64,000 nt of DNA from an uncultured Bacteriovorax sp. (GTDB taxonomy: Bacteria > Bdellovibrionota > UBA1018). The notes beneath the pieces were generated by a model. That model ran no database searches. It saw only the letters and a program-made list of their open reading frames with translations, and had not been told where the DNA came from. Below are positions 1-14,016 of this stretch, piece after piece; the stretch's first letter is position 1, and the number at the start of each line of letters is the position of its first letter. The stretch covers positions 29,630-93,629 of the forward strand of contig CAYSOA010000001.1 of NCBI GenBank assembly GCA_964432565.1, in the 5' to 3' direction. The translations under genes and the position numbers were made by a program.

Positions 1-5
1 GGCGA

Positions 6-536
6 TCAGAGATAGAAGACCGAGTCGGTGCCCTCATCGCGATGGGCATGCTCGGAGAATGACTTCAGAAATTTCACGAACTGGAGATAGGTCGCGTAGG
101 ACTGCAGCGATGCGTCGACCGTGCACCCGTAGCGCACGTAGCGGACACCATTTTCGATGGAGGGGCGTGAGTTGACGACGCGAGCCTGAATGGGAAGGTA
201 GGTGTCTTGGGTAAAGTAGAGACGAAGGGGGAGGTCTCCGTCTTCGCGTGGCCAGGGGTTCTTGACGTCAAAGGGCACCAGAAAGGAAAGGCCCTCGTCG
301 CTGACATCAACCAGCTGAAGCTGCCGGATCTGCGAGTTTCCGATGACACAATACACTCCCAGAAGGTCCTGGAAAACGATGCGCTCGGTTTTACGCCGCT
401 TTTCGTCGAGTTTTTGACTTCGAACTTGATTGAAGTCGACGACCTTTTCTGACGTCGCATCTCCACCTTCACCGTTGCTGCCGTGCTTCCCTGCAAGCTT
501 CATGGAACTCTCCTCCATGAATCTTTTCGGTAGCAA
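6..536 (-). CDS. PilZ domain protein (c-di-GMP binding)
   Basis: The 176-aa ORF has both canonical PilZ motifs: RxxxR (EKRRKTER) followed by DxSxxG (DVSDEGLSF). It is the last gene of a three-gene minus-strand operon. Confidence 0.6.
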   Translation of the reverse strand: MLPKRFMEESSMKLAGKHGSNGEGGDATSEKVVDFNQVRSQKLDEKRRKTERIVFQDLLGVYCVIGNSQIRQLQLVDVSDEGLSFLVPFDVKNPWPREDGDLPLRLYFTQDTYLPIQARVVNSRPSIENGVRYVRYGCTVDASLQSYATYLQFVKFLKSFSEHAHRDEGTDSVFYL

Positions 537-559
537 GGGGCGGCCCCTTGACCCGTTTT

Positions 560-952
560 TTAGTCGTGGAAGGTGGCCATGGCATCAATAAGCCGCACAA
601 AGGCGCCGAGGGCCTGGTGGGCGGGTGAGTCGACTTCGACCAGCGAGGCTCCTGCCATGCGTGGTCCGTCCGGTGTGCTCTGGTAGACTCTCACCAGCTC
701 GATGCGCAAAGGAATCGAGAGTGACTGATTTAAGTAGAGCCTGAGGTCGATGAGATCCCCCTGGCGGACAGGGGTCAGCTCAGGACTGGCCAGATCGGGC
801 TCGAGCTGAAAGCCCAGGCCAAATTCACTGATATCGAATACGGGAAGACGGTTCGGAGAAATCTGGGGAGCAACGGCAAAGACCGCGAAGCTATCCAGGA
901 TAGGGCGTCTTCTGCTCCTGCGTCGCTCGTCTCGCCGGTCGGTCGAACTCAC
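560..952 (-). CDS. PilZ domain protein (c-di-GMP binding)
   Basis: The 130-aa ORF has an RRSRRR motif followed by DISEFGLGF (DxSxxG). Its start overlaps the stop of the upstream gene (ATGA), suggesting translational coupling. Confidence 0.55.
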   Translation of the reverse strand: MSSTDRRDERRRSRRRPILDSFAVFAVAPQISPNRLPVFDISEFGLGFQLEPDLASPELTPVRQGDLIDLRLYLNQSLSIPLRIELVRVYQSTPDGPRMAGASLVEVDSPAHQALGAFVRLIDAMATFHD

Positions 953-3126
953 TCGGACTTCTCCTGTTTTTCGGCAGGAGGAGTGGCGGTATCTGATGCG
1001 TCTGACCCGACGGCAGCGGGGGTCTCGTCGGTAGCACCGTCGATCGACTCCTCGTCTGACTCTTCGATCGCTTCGGCGAGGCCCTCGAAAGACAGGCGTT
1101 TGGGCATGCCCTCGATACCTTCGTTGAGTTTCTTTGATTCGGTCAGCTTCGTGTCGAGCTCGAGAAGGGCCTGACGCCCGAGCTTCTCCTTCTCCTGAAG
1201 CTGGGTCTGGTACTCCTTGAGGTCGGTGGGCCGAATCAACACTCCGGAGTGCTGCTGAACATGAAGCTGACTGATCTTTTCAGACAGGTTTCGAACCAGG
1301 ACGTAAAGGCCCCAGTGGTAGAACTCCTGTTTCGACAGGGCCTCAGCCCATCCTGCAAATCCGGACTCAAGGCGTGTCTGGACGCCCGTCCACTTGTCGT
1401 GAAACTCATTCCACTGCTTCTCAGCCGTCTTGACCGCCTTCGCGCCACTGGCCGAGAAGACCTTCTGGTGCTCCTCCATCGTGGCACTCAACTGCAGCGT
1501 AAGGGTCTGAACGATCTGTGAGAGCTCGGAGAGTTCCTCGTTCGACCGCGTGCGCAGGCGATCATGGAAGTCCTTGAGTCGCTTCGCGTAGTTCTCGTCC
1601 TTCTCTCCTCCGACAAAATAGGTCTTCCTGATAAAGAGCCTGCGCTCGCCCTGCACTCCCGACTCAGCCGGAAAGTCGCTTTTTACCAGGGGCAGTGCGC
1701 CGAGCACGGCCTCGACCTCGGGCAACTGGGAGCCCGCTTCGGATTCGGAAGCGATCACTTCGTACTGCCCCTGCGCAAGCGGTCGTCCATCGGGCTGGCG
1801 AAGATCGTCGAAGCTGACGAGCCGACTCGAAATCTCGCCGGTGGCCTTGAGGACCAGGCTGGTCTGGCTGAGTAGCGTCTCGGGGCGGCCCACCAGAATC
1901 AGGTCAATACGCGTCCCGTCGGGCAGTGGAGCGGAGACGTGAAAACCCGGAGTACTCGAGCTTGCCTTTTCGATGGCGAGTGCAAGCCGAAGCGGTTCGC
2001 TTGACTTGGCATTGTTTCGGAGTTCAGCGAGTTCCCCGGCCTCGACGCCTGGAAAGGCGGGTACCGGAGAGATGAAGGATTGCAGTTGGGGAACCCATTG
2101 CGCCAGGCGCGTGCCCACCGGGCTCAGAAGCGAAGAGGTGGTCGCCAGCGCGGAGCGGAACTGTGGATGCTTGAGCACCGGGTCGAGGGTTCCCGAGACG
2201 TAGGCAAAGGCTCCAGCACCGATGAGGGCGAGAATCAGGAAGATCTTGAGGAACCCTCCAGATCGAGCAGGTCGATTGGAGATGGACCCAAACGTCATCG
2301 AGGCTGTCGGCTCGTGCCGGGGGGCAACTTCCTCATCGAGCGGCGCGCCCACAGGAGCATCGTCAAACCGAGAGCTTCGAAGTTCATCGAGAGTCTCACG
2401 GTGCGCGCCCGACTCGGGTTGGGCCTCGGGCTCGGGCTCGGGCTCCCATTTCGGTTCGAGTCGTGGAGCGGGTTCGACCGGAGCTTCGAAGACCGGCGTC
2501 GGCTCGAGAACAGGGTCAGGTTGTCGCTCGACTGGAGTTTCTGGCTTGGGTTCCGACCGCTTCTCCAGTTCGAACGTTGGGGCTGGCGTCGCCTGCCTGG
2601 GTTCGAGTTGGATTGTGGCGGGCTTTGCTTCGGCAGCCAGAGCGGGTTCTGGCTCAGCGCGGATCGGTGTAGCCTGAACGGGTGAGGCAGCGGGTTCAGG
2701 TTCAAGCGCGAGCTCAGGCTCAGGCGCGGCCTCGACGACGGGAGCCACGGGACGAATCTCGATACGAGGTTCAGGTTCGGTCGGGGTCACGGGTGCGAGA
2801 CTGCGTGCCGGCGCGGGTGAGTGGCTCGACTCAGGCGAGCGCACTTCATCCTGCCGGTGAAAAAATACGGGTTCTGGATCACTTTCAAACTCGGGTTCGT
2901 CCGGTTCAGCTTCAGGGAAAATGGGCGCCGACGTCAGCGTCAAAATGGCGTCGAGCTCACGAATGCTCGTCATGACCTGCCAGTCGGGCATGCCCTCGCA
3001 CCAGACGTAGTGGTTGCGGTTGATCTCTCCCGTTTGAAGCTTGGACTGGAGCTGGCCCATTGAAAAGGGCCCCTCGTGATGATCGTTGATATAGACAAAC
3101 CACTTGCTGTCGTGAAACCCATCCAT
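949..3126 (-). CDS. DUF4339 (GYF-like) domain membrane protein with long Pro/Glu-rich repeat linker
   Basis: The N-terminus (MDGFHDSKWFVYINDHHEGPFSMGQLQ...NHYVWCEGMPDWQ) matches the GYF-like DUF4339 fold. It is followed by about 300 aa of PEPEP/EPEP low-complexity repeat, a single TM helix (GFLKIFLILALIGAGAFAYV) and a C-terminal domain of about 400 aa. The likely start is the internal Met at 3126; the ORF is open to 3189. Confidence 0.5.
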   Translation of the reverse strand: MDGFHDSKWFVYINDHHEGPFSMGQLQSKLQTGEINRNHYVWCEGMPDWQVMTSIRELDAILTLTSAPIFPEAEPDEPEFESDPEPVFFHRQDEVRSPESSHSPAPARSLAPVTPTEPEPRIEIRPVAPVVEAAPEPELALEPEPAASPVQATPIRAEPEPALAAEAKPATIQLEPRQATPAPTFELEKRSEPKPETPVERQPDPVLEPTPVFEAPVEPAPRLEPKWEPEPEPEAQPESGAHRETLDELRSSRFDDAPVGAPLDEEVAPRHEPTASMTFGSISNRPARSGGFLKIFLILALIGAGAFAYVSGTLDPVLKHPQFRSALATTSSLLSPVGTRLAQWVPQLQSFISPVPAFPGVEAGELAELRNNAKSSEPLRLALAIEKASSSTPGFHVSAPLPDGTRIDLILVGRPETLLSQTSLVLKATGEISSRLVSFDDLRQPDGRPLAQGQYEVIASESEAGSQLPEVEAVLGALPLVKSDFPAESGVQGERRLFIRKTYFVGGEKDENYAKRLKDFHDRLRTRSNEELSELSQIVQTLTLQLSATMEEHQKVFSASGAKAVKTAEKQWNEFHDKWTGVQTRLESGFAGWAEALSKQEFYHWGLYVLVRNLSEKISQLHVQQHSGVLIRPTDLKEYQTQLQEKEKLGRQALLELDTKLTESKKLNEGIEGMPKRLSFEGLAEAIEESDEESIDGATDETPAAVGSDASDTATPPAEKQEKSE

Positions 3127-3175
3127 GGAATTGTGCCTTCCGAATTTCCTAATGAAATCGAGTGTAGGAGAAATG

Positions 3176-4042
3176 ATGCCGCAGCGCAAATGGAGCCTGA
3201 TCGAAATAGCCGACCATCAGGGCGTGCTGAACGTCGGGGGCCGAGTGGGGGCCTGCAACGGTCCGAGGGCGTTCCTGCACCAATTTCGGCGCCTTCGCGG
3301 TCGCGCTCCGGTCCACGAGGCACTTGGACTGCACCTGAAGGCATCCGAAATCGGTCACGACGTCATTGAGAATCATCGCCATGCCGCTGACCTGGTTCGC
3401 AGGGCTCAGGGCGAGTGCGCTCGAAGCGTTGTCGTGGGAGGTGGGCACGACCATGGATATTCGCACGTGCTGGGAGTGGCCGAGGCACTGGGGCTCAAGC
3501 GGCGGCTGGGCTGCATCAATATCGATGCCCATCTGGATGTTCGTCGGCCTGCGCCACTGCCGGGCAGTGGGTCTCCATTTTTTCTCGCCATCGAGTCGGG
3601 CGTCCTTGATCCCGGGCATTTGGTGGAGTTTGGAATCCAGTCGCACTGCAACGCCCCCGAGCTTTGGGATTACGTCGACCAGAAGCAGATTCAGGTCCAC
3701 TCGTGGGCGTCGCTTCGCTTTGCCGATCGCCTCGAAGCCTTTCGTGCGGAGCTCGAGTCCCTGGCTGCTCGGGTCGATGCGCTGGTCATCAGCCTCGATC
3801 TTGATGCTTTGGCCCAGGCCCATTGTCCGGGCGTGAGTGCTCCGCAGGCAGAAGGGTTCGATCCAGCCGAGGTGCTGGCGATGCTGGAGCTGGCGGGGGG
3901 CCATTCCAAGGTGGTTTCTCTCGGGATCTTCGAGCTGAACCCAGAGCATGACGTTCAGGACGCGACGGCGCGTTTCGCGGCGACCGCAGCTTACCATTTC
4001 ATCGAAGCGGGATTGAGCGCCGGCCTGATCAGCCGGCCATAA
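3176..4042 (+). CDS. arginase-family hydrolase (formimidoylglutamase/agmatinase-like)
   Basis: Arginase-superfamily Mn-binding motifs are present: GGGHDHG, IDAHLD and SLDLDAL. An AGGAG RBS sits 5 nt upstream of the ATG at 3176. The ORF is open from 3125. Confidence 0.6.
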   Translation: MPQRKWSLIEIADHQGVLNVGGRVGACNGPRAFLHQFRRLRGRAPVHEALGLHLKASEIGHDVIENHRHAADLVRRAQGECARSVVVGGGHDHGYSHVLGVAEALGLKRRLGCINIDAHLDVRRPAPLPGSGSPFFLAIESGVLDPGHLVEFGIQSHCNAPELWDYVDQKQIQVHSWASLRFADRLEAFRAELESLAARVDALVISLDLDALAQAHCPGVSAPQAEGFDPAEVLAMLELAGGHSKVVSLGIFELNPEHDVQDATARFAATAAYHFIEAGLSAGLISRP

Positions 4043-5117
4043 CCTGCCGCAGCTTCTGAAAGAGGCGTCCCTGCTCGGTCATGCCTTCGCCTGTCCTGCG
4101 GATCTCTTCAGGTACGCACTGAAGAGCAGACGCGGCTTCGTTCACGGCGTGGTAGCCAAGATCGAGGTCGGTGGTCGTCGGTTCGAGGGCAATCTCGAGT
4201 TCGCGCACGTCTCGCTGGAGGGCCGAAGCCCGACTTCGAATGTCCAGAAGCTGCTGGTGAAGAACGTGGACGGGATAGGGGGAGGAATCCTGCTGCTCGG
4301 ACTTCCGGCTGGACTCCAACATCAAGTTCAACACGGCAGCCTCGGCGTGGATGGTGCATCCGCTGAGTTCGTCCGCCCGTTTCAGGATCTTGCGCGACTG
4401 CTGAATGGATCGATGAAATCCTTCTCGGGCGCCATGGAGATGTTTCTGCACTTCGCGTGTGGAACGACTCAGTCGTTCAAAGTGACCGAAGATGTCTCGA
4501 AGTTGCCTGCCGATGCCGAGCAGGACCTCCTTCAGAGGCGGGAGCAGGCTGCGAACCTGCTGGTTTCGTTCATCACTTTGCGAAAGGGAGTCTTGATCCG
4601 AGCGGCGCTGAAGAAACAGCCCCAACAGGGTAGTTAGAAGTAGGGCGACCACACCCGTCGCCACGTCGCGCCTCAGGCTCGTGGTGGTTCCAAGAAATCC
4701 CACTGACGGCATCTTGACGGTGACACGAACGGCGGCGGATTCGGCCTTTCCGGGAAGGGCGAGGTTCTTCGTGACCTCGACTTCGCTGCCCGATGCGATC
4801 ACGATTCCCTCGTTGACGGGGCCCTTTTCGCGGGTGACCTGAATGAAACGGGGCTCGACTCCCTGCCCAAGCTGGAAGAGCGCCCAGCCGATCGGATCCG
4901 AGATGTTCTTTTGGCTCGCAGCCAAAACCAATCCTTCCGCCTGACTTGCGATCTGCCGGCCGACGATGGCCGAGTACTCTCGACTGTACCGGGCGGCGAG
5001 CCCTCCGTCGACCACGCGAAGCAGCAGTGCACCCATGAGGCCCAGGATGAACGCACCGGTCCATCGCGTTCTTCGCGAAGCGGTCGGGTCAAGAAACTGA
5101 CGCAAAAGGGCCTTCAT
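4029..5117 (-). CDS. hypothetical membrane protein (two TM segments, periplasmic loop, cytoplasmic coiled-coil)
   Basis: A 362-aa ORF with good coding periodicity. Hydrophobic segments lie near residues 20-40 and 150-170. No catalytic motif was recognised. Confidence 0.4.
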   Translation of the reverse strand: MKALLRQFLDPTASRRTRWTGAFILGLMGALLLRVVDGGLAARYSREYSAIVGRQIASQAEGLVLAASQKNISDPIGWALFQLGQGVEPRFIQVTREKGPVNEGIVIASGSEVEVTKNLALPGKAESAAVRVTVKMPSVGFLGTTTSLRRDVATGVVALLLTTLLGLFLQRRSDQDSLSQSDERNQQVRSLLPPLKEVLLGIGRQLRDIFGHFERLSRSTREVQKHLHGAREGFHRSIQQSRKILKRADELSGCTIHAEAAVLNLMLESSRKSEQQDSSPYPVHVLHQQLLDIRSRASALQRDVRELEIALEPTTTDLDLGYHAVNEAASALQCVPEEIRRTGEGMTEQGRLFQKLRQVMAG

Positions 5118-5206
5118 CCAAGCTTCTCTTCGGAAGACTCCGTCTTTCCATCAATGGATAAAATTTGCCCTCTGCGACAAGGATCGTGAGCACGTAACGT
5201 GGAAAC

Positions 5207-6691
5207 ATGGACATGATTCTCGCCATTGACCAGGGAACCACCGGAACGACTGCCTTGCTGATGGATCGCGAACTCTCGCGGATTGCCGAGGCCAGCATTG
5301 ATTTCGAGCAGCACTTTCCTCAGCCCGGCTGGGTGGAACACGACCTTGAGGAGATCTGGAGTACCGTCGTTCAGACGATTCGTGAAGTGACCCTTCACCA
5401 GGATCTTCGAAAGCTGGTGGCCATCGGAATCACCAACCAGCGCGAGACGCTCTGCTTTTGGGACCGAAAGACACTCGAACCACTGGGGCGTGCACTGGTT
5501 TGGCAGGACCGGCGCACGGCTGAGCTTTGTGACGAGCTTCGCAGCAAGGGCATGGAGCCCTTTTTTCAGGACAATACCGGCCTGCTTCTCGACCCCTATT
5601 TTTCAGGCACAAAGGCGGCCTGGGCGCTGAAGCACTGGGGTGAGGTTGCCAGTGCCCACAAACAGGGGCGGCTCGCGGCAGGAACCATCGATAGCTTTCT
5701 GATGGCCAGGCTTTCCGGGGGGGCTGTTCATGTCACCGAGCCAAGCAATGCGTCACGAACTCTCTGCTTTCATCTCACGCGACACGTCTTTGACCCTGAC
5801 CTTTGCAAGGCACTGGGAGTGCCGGTGGAAATCTGGCCCGAGGTGCGTCCATCGACGGGCACTTTTGCACTGACCCGTGGAGTTTCAGGGCTACCGGATG
5901 GAATCCCGATCAGCGGAGTGCTGGGGGACCAACAGGCGGCCCTGTTGGGGCAGGCGTGTACGAAAGAAGGAATGGCGAAGTGCACTTACGGTACCGGGGC
6001 CTTCATGCTGATGAATACGGGGAGAAGCCCCATCAAGAGCCATCATCGACTTCTGACCACCATTGGCTGGCAGATGCCGCGCGAAGGAACCGTCTACGTA
6101 CTGGAGGGCTCGGCGTTTATTGCTGGTGCTGCCGTGCAATGGTTGCGTGATGGGTTGAAGTTGATTCGCGATGCTTCAGAGGTGGAGTCGCTGGCCGAGA
6201 CGGTGGCGGACTCTGATGGAGTAGTCTTCGTTCCTGCGCTAACGGGGCTCGGAGCGCCGTATTGGGACCCACAGGCAACGGGTATGTTCACTGGGCTGAC
6301 TCGAGGTACCCAGGCCGGGCATTTGGCGCGCGCAGTACTCGAGGGCGTCGCTTTCCAGAACGCTGATATCCTGACAGCCATGCAAAAGGATCTGGGAAAG
6401 CCCCTTCAGTCGCTGAATGTGGATGGGGGTGCGGCGGCGAACGACCTGCTCATGCAGTTTCAAGCAGATGTACTGAACGTCCAGCTTCGCCGCCCGCGCT
6501 ATCTCGAAACCACCAGCCTGGGAGCAGTCTTTGCGGCCGGGCTTGGTGCCGGGGTCTGGAGCGACCTGTCGGACATCGAAAAGACCTGGAAGCAGGAACG
6601 TCTTTTCGAACCGACGATGTCGGATCAGCAACGGGAGGCTGCCCTTTCACGGTGGAGTCGTGCCGTTAGTCGGGTGATGCTCAAGCCCTGA
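5207..6691 (+). CDS. glpK: glycerol kinase
   Basis: The N-terminus IAIDQGTTGT and the overall FGGY-kinase pattern match glycerol kinase. The 494-aa length is typical for GlpK. Confidence 0.85.
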   Translation: MDMILAIDQGTTGTTALLMDRELSRIAEASIDFEQHFPQPGWVEHDLEEIWSTVVQTIREVTLHQDLRKLVAIGITNQRETLCFWDRKTLEPLGRALVWQDRRTAELCDELRSKGMEPFFQDNTGLLLDPYFSGTKAAWALKHWGEVASAHKQGRLAAGTIDSFLMARLSGGAVHVTEPSNASRTLCFHLTRHVFDPDLCKALGVPVEIWPEVRPSTGTFALTRGVSGLPDGIPISGVLGDQQAALLGQACTKEGMAKCTYGTGAFMLMNTGRSPIKSHHRLLTTIGWQMPREGTVYVLEGSAFIAGAAVQWLRDGLKLIRDASEVESLAETVADSDGVVFVPALTGLGAPYWDPQATGMFTGLTRGTQAGHLARAVLEGVAFQNADILTAMQKDLGKPLQSLNVDGGAAANDLLMQFQADVLNVQLRRPRYLETTSLGAVFAAGLGAGVWSDLSDIEKTWKQERLFEPTMSDQQREAALSRWSRAVSRVMLKP

Positions 6692-8099
6692 GCGGGCTGT
6701 TCTCTGAGACCATCCGCCCAAGGCGCGAGACCCGGTCGAGCGTGAGTACTTTCAGCCCGCGCACCTTGCCCAGACGGTCTGCCGAACCTTCAGGAACTAC
6801 CACGGTCTTGAAGCCCAGTTTTCTCGCCTCTTCGACGCGCACTTCGATCTGCGATACCCGGCGAACCTCGCCCGTCAGTCCGAGCTCACCGATCCAGGCC
6901 CAGTCCATCGGAAAGGGCCGGTCTTCGACCGACGACCAGATGGCTGCGATGGCTGCGAGATCACATGCAGGCTCAGAGAGCTTGAGTCCACCGGCAACGT
7001 TGAAGAAAAGGTCTTGTTCGGCAAGACGAACTTGCATGTGTCGTTCGAGGATCGCACTTAAAAGGGCGATGCGGTTCGAGTCCATTCCCACGGATGTTCT
7101 TCTTGGAAGAGAGAGCGGGCTTGGCGCCACGAGGGCCTGAAGCTCGACCAGCAGGGGGCGAGTGCCCTCGAGAAGCGTTCCGATTGCGGTTCCGGGAAGC
7201 GCTTCGCGACGGTCGGTCAGGAACAGCGATGAAGGATTGGTCACCTCACGGAGCCCGTCTCCCTCCATTTCGAACACACCAAGCTCACGTGAGCTCCCGA
7301 AGCGGTTCTTCACGGCACGCAACAGCCGGTAGGTCGAGCCCGAGTCGCCCTCAAAGTAGAGAACCGTATCGACCATGTGCTCGACGACTTTCGGTCCGGC
7401 GATGCTTCCCTCCTTCGTAACATGACCCACCAGCCAGACGGCGATGCCGGCGCTCTTGGCCAGGGCCATGAGCTTGGCTGCGATCTCCCTGACCTGGGTC
7501 ACGCTGCCTGGCGCGGATTGCAGGTAGCTGCTCGTGAAGGTCTGCAGTGAATCCATGACGAGAATCTGTGGGCGCAGTTCCTTGACCGTCGCGAAGACCT
7601 TCTCAATCTGGGTTTCGGCGGCAAGAAAGACCTGCCCCTGCCCCTGTACGCCGAGTCGCAAGGCTCGACTTCGAATCTGATCGACCGACTCTTCGCCGCT
7701 CACATACAACATGCGCAGTTCGGGATGCTTCTCGCGAATGCCCCGGGCAAGTTGCAGGAGCAGGGTGCTCTTGCCGATTCCGGGGTCTCCACCCAGCAGG
7801 GTAAAGCTGTCAGGAACGAGCCCCCCTCCGAGTACCCGGTTGAGTTCCCCGATGCCCACATCGAGGCGCCGCAGGGCGCGCGCCGGGTCGTCCGGAGCGT
7901 CAAGATCGGTCCAGTCACCGGTCGACGAAAACTCTTCGCGAAGCGCTGCCAGGCTGCCCTCCTGAATGGCAGGGGCGGCAGCCGCAGTCGGGCGCTCTTC
8001 GGTGAACGAATTCCAGGCATCGCAGCCGGGGCAGCGTCCCAGCCATTTGGCGCTGACGTGTCCGCAGTTCTGGCATTGGTACTGAGTCTTGATTTTCAT
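6681..8099 (-). CDS. radA: DNA repair protein RadA (Sms)
   Basis: An N-terminal C4 zinc finger (CQNCGHVSAKWLGRCPGCDAWNSF), a RecA-like Walker A (GDPGIGKST) and a C-terminal Lon-like domain are present. The start is chosen at MKIKTQY; the ORF is open to 8126 (GTG). Confidence 0.85.
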   Translation of the reverse strand: MKIKTQYQCQNCGHVSAKWLGRCPGCDAWNSFTEERPTAAAAPAIQEGSLAALREEFSSTGDWTDLDAPDDPARALRRLDVGIGELNRVLGGGLVPDSFTLLGGDPGIGKSTLLLQLARGIREKHPELRMLYVSGEESVDQIRSRALRLGVQGQGQVFLAAETQIEKVFATVKELRPQILVMDSLQTFTSSYLQSAPGSVTQVREIAAKLMALAKSAGIAVWLVGHVTKEGSIAGPKVVEHMVDTVLYFEGDSGSTYRLLRAVKNRFGSSRELGVFEMEGDGLREVTNPSSLFLTDRREALPGTAIGTLLEGTRPLLVELQALVAPSPLSLPRRTSVGMDSNRIALLSAILERHMQVRLAEQDLFFNVAGGLKLSEPACDLAAIAAIWSSVEDRPFPMDWAWIGELGLTGEVRRVSQIEVRVEEARKLGFKTVVVPEGSADRLGKVRGLKVLTLDRVSRLGRMVSENSPLRA

Positions 8100-8180
8100 A
8101 CGATTCCGAAGGGTTGACGAAGCCACGTTTCATCGCTTGAGCGACCTTGTCCAATCAAAAATCCGGTTTAGACTGAAAGA

Positions 8181-12188
<4,008 letters not shown>

Positions 12189-12214
<26 letters not shown>

Positions 12215-12533
12215 GATGTTCCTCATAGAAGGCCACCAGGGTCTTGAGTTCTGCAATTTCTTCGCGGGCTTTCTGGAGTTGAAGCCTGAGTTCGGTGAGC
12301 GTGTCGTCCGAGATTTCGGTGGCGTACTGCGGTGCACCCTCCTGATTCCAGATCAGGTAACGTCCGTTCTCGACTCGAAAACGAACCTTTTGCGCTTTGA
12401 TATGGCGTCTGAGCGTCGAAAGACTGACGCTGTTGCGCGTTGCGTACTCCATCAATGACAACCACTGCCCGCCAAGTTCCATGCAGCCTAGTGTATTTCC
12501 ATGGAGTGAATATTCAAGTACGCTCTTAGACAT
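12189..12533 (-). CDS. MerR-like HTH DNA-binding protein with C-terminal coiled coil
   Basis: A helix-turn-helix segment (WLSLMEYATRNSVSLSTLRRHIKAQKV) is followed by a leucine-zipper-like tail. The gene lies immediately upstream of, and overlaps, the OMP gene. The start is chosen at MSKSV; the ORF is open to 12641. Confidence 0.45.
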
Positions 12534-12535
12534 CC

Positions 12536-13846
12536 ATGAGTCCTCGCCGAGCCGGCAGTTCATCTCGAAGTCGCATCCAGATCGGTCCGAAGCGCAAGAT
12601 CGCCTTTGTCTGCAGTGGTGGGGCAACCAAGGCCGGGGCATTCCACATCGGGGTGGCTTTGGCGCTTCAGGAGCAGGGTTTTCGCTTCATCGGTGGACTT
12701 CAGCCCCGTGAGGGGGGCGGTGGGGGCACGCCCGGGCCCATGGAGATCGGAACCTACGTGGGGTCCAGTGCCGGATCGATCATCTGTTCGTACCTGGCGG
12801 CCGGCTACTCGCTCGACAATATCTTCAACTCGTTCACTGGTCGCGAACCGACGGATCCCGAGGACGCGTTTCCGAAGGCTCTTCCCCGACTGAGTTATCC
12901 GACCATGTTCAAGCTGCGCCCGGGACTGGCCCGCGAGCAGTTCTCACAGCTCATGCAGATGGGCCGAATGGTCAATCGCCTGCTGCAGGGCGGGTGGGAG
13001 TCGCTGTTCGGCGCCGACTGGCTCAAAATTCAGGGGCTCTTTTCAACCGTCGGACTTGAGGAGTTCATGCGGGAGCAGGTGCTTCCCAGTAACCGATTTC
13101 ACGATTATCTGGCGGATCTCTTCATCGTAGCCACCCAGCTCAATCATTCGCGCAAGGTGGTGTTCGGAAAGTACAGCTACCAGCCGCCGCCCCATGACCT
13201 GACCTGCCAGTATGACAGCGATGCGACCGTTTCGCAGGCCTGTGCCGCCAGTGCCTCGCTTCCCTTTATCTACGCGCCGTTTCCGATCGAGAACCGCAAT
13301 GGGAAGACGATTCATTATATCGATGGTGAGATTCGCGATACGCTTTCGACTCATGTTCCGGTGGATGCCGGCTGTGACCTCATCATCGCCAGCCACACCC
13401 ACCAGCCCTACCACTTTAACAAGGAAGTGGGTTCTCTGACCGACTATGGCCTGCCAGCCATCCTGATTCAGTCGATCTATCTGGTGATCGAGCAGAAGGT
13501 GAATCAGTACGTGCACGGCAAGGTCACGCAGCGCAATGCCATCACGGCGGTTGAACGTTACTGCAAGCAGCATGGAGTGGACGAGACGCACTCTCGACGC
13601 ATTCTCGAGATTCTCGAGGCCGAGCTGCATCACCGCCGCGATGTCGATTCGATCTACATTCACCCGAGCCCGCACGATGCACAGATGTTTTTCGGGGATC
13701 ATTTCAGTCTTTCGCCCCGAAAGCTGGCCGAGATGGTCAAGAGTGGCTTTCGGGCGACCATTGAGCGGCTGCGCCACTACGAGTTTGCCGACCGCAAGGT
13801 CGAGCCGCATGCTCCTGTGGCCGTGGATATTCCGACCGCCGAGTGA
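12536..13846 (+). CDS. patatin-like phospholipase
   Basis: An oxyanion-hole motif (CSGGATKAGAFHIGV), a GxSxG nucleophile motif (GSSAGS) and a catalytic Asp motif (YIDGEIRD) are all present. Confidence 0.75.
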   Translation: MSPRRAGSSSRSRIQIGPKRKIAFVCSGGATKAGAFHIGVALALQEQGFRFIGGLQPREGGGGGTPGPMEIGTYVGSSAGSIICSYLAAGYSLDNIFNSFTGREPTDPEDAFPKALPRLSYPTMFKLRPGLAREQFSQLMQMGRMVNRLLQGGWESLFGADWLKIQGLFSTVGLEEFMREQVLPSNRFHDYLADLFIVATQLNHSRKVVFGKYSYQPPPHDLTCQYDSDATVSQACAASASLPFIYAPFPIENRNGKTIHYIDGEIRDTLSTHVPVDAGCDLIIASHTHQPYHFNKEVGSLTDYGLPAILIQSIYLVIEQKVNQYVHGKVTQRNAITAVERYCKQHGVDETHSRRILEILEAELHHRRDVDSIYIHPSPHDAQMFFGDHFSLSPRKLAEMVKSGFRATIERLRHYEFADRKVEPHAPVAVDIPTAE

Positions 13847-13989
13847 GTCGGGTTCGTGGCACGAGGTTCGCAAACCTTTGAGAGCAGTTGTCGCGATCCG
13901 AAGGTACCGGGGAGACTCGGGAAGATCGATTCGAGGACAGCTCGGGGGGGATCGTGCAACCGTTGAAAGGCTCACCGCAAGGTTTGCCT

Positions 13990-14016
13990 GGAGGGAGCAA
14001 CGATCCTCCTTTTTTT
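13990..14016 (+). terminator. candidate Rho-independent terminator (GGAGG-loop-CCTCC followed by T7)
   Basis: A short GC stem (GGAGG/CCTCC, 8-nt loop) is followed by TTTTTTT. It lies about 150 nt downstream of the patatin stop and 40 nt upstream of the next gene. Confidence 0.35.

Noticed and set aside
2080-2705. GLGLGLGL-encoding repeats and several overlapping ORFs; considered as a possible repeat array
   Set aside because: They are the reverse-strand reading of the EPEPEP low-complexity coding repeat of the DUF4339 protein. It is not a CRISPR array or a minisatellite outside coding sequence.
3149-3997. 282-aa minus-strand ORF
   Set aside because: It is antisense to the arginase-family gene, which has clear Mn-binding motifs.
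13043-13975. 310-aa minus-strand ORF
   Set aside because: It lies entirely antisense to the well-supported patatin gene. GC-rich genomes generate long antisense ORFs, and this one has no motif support.
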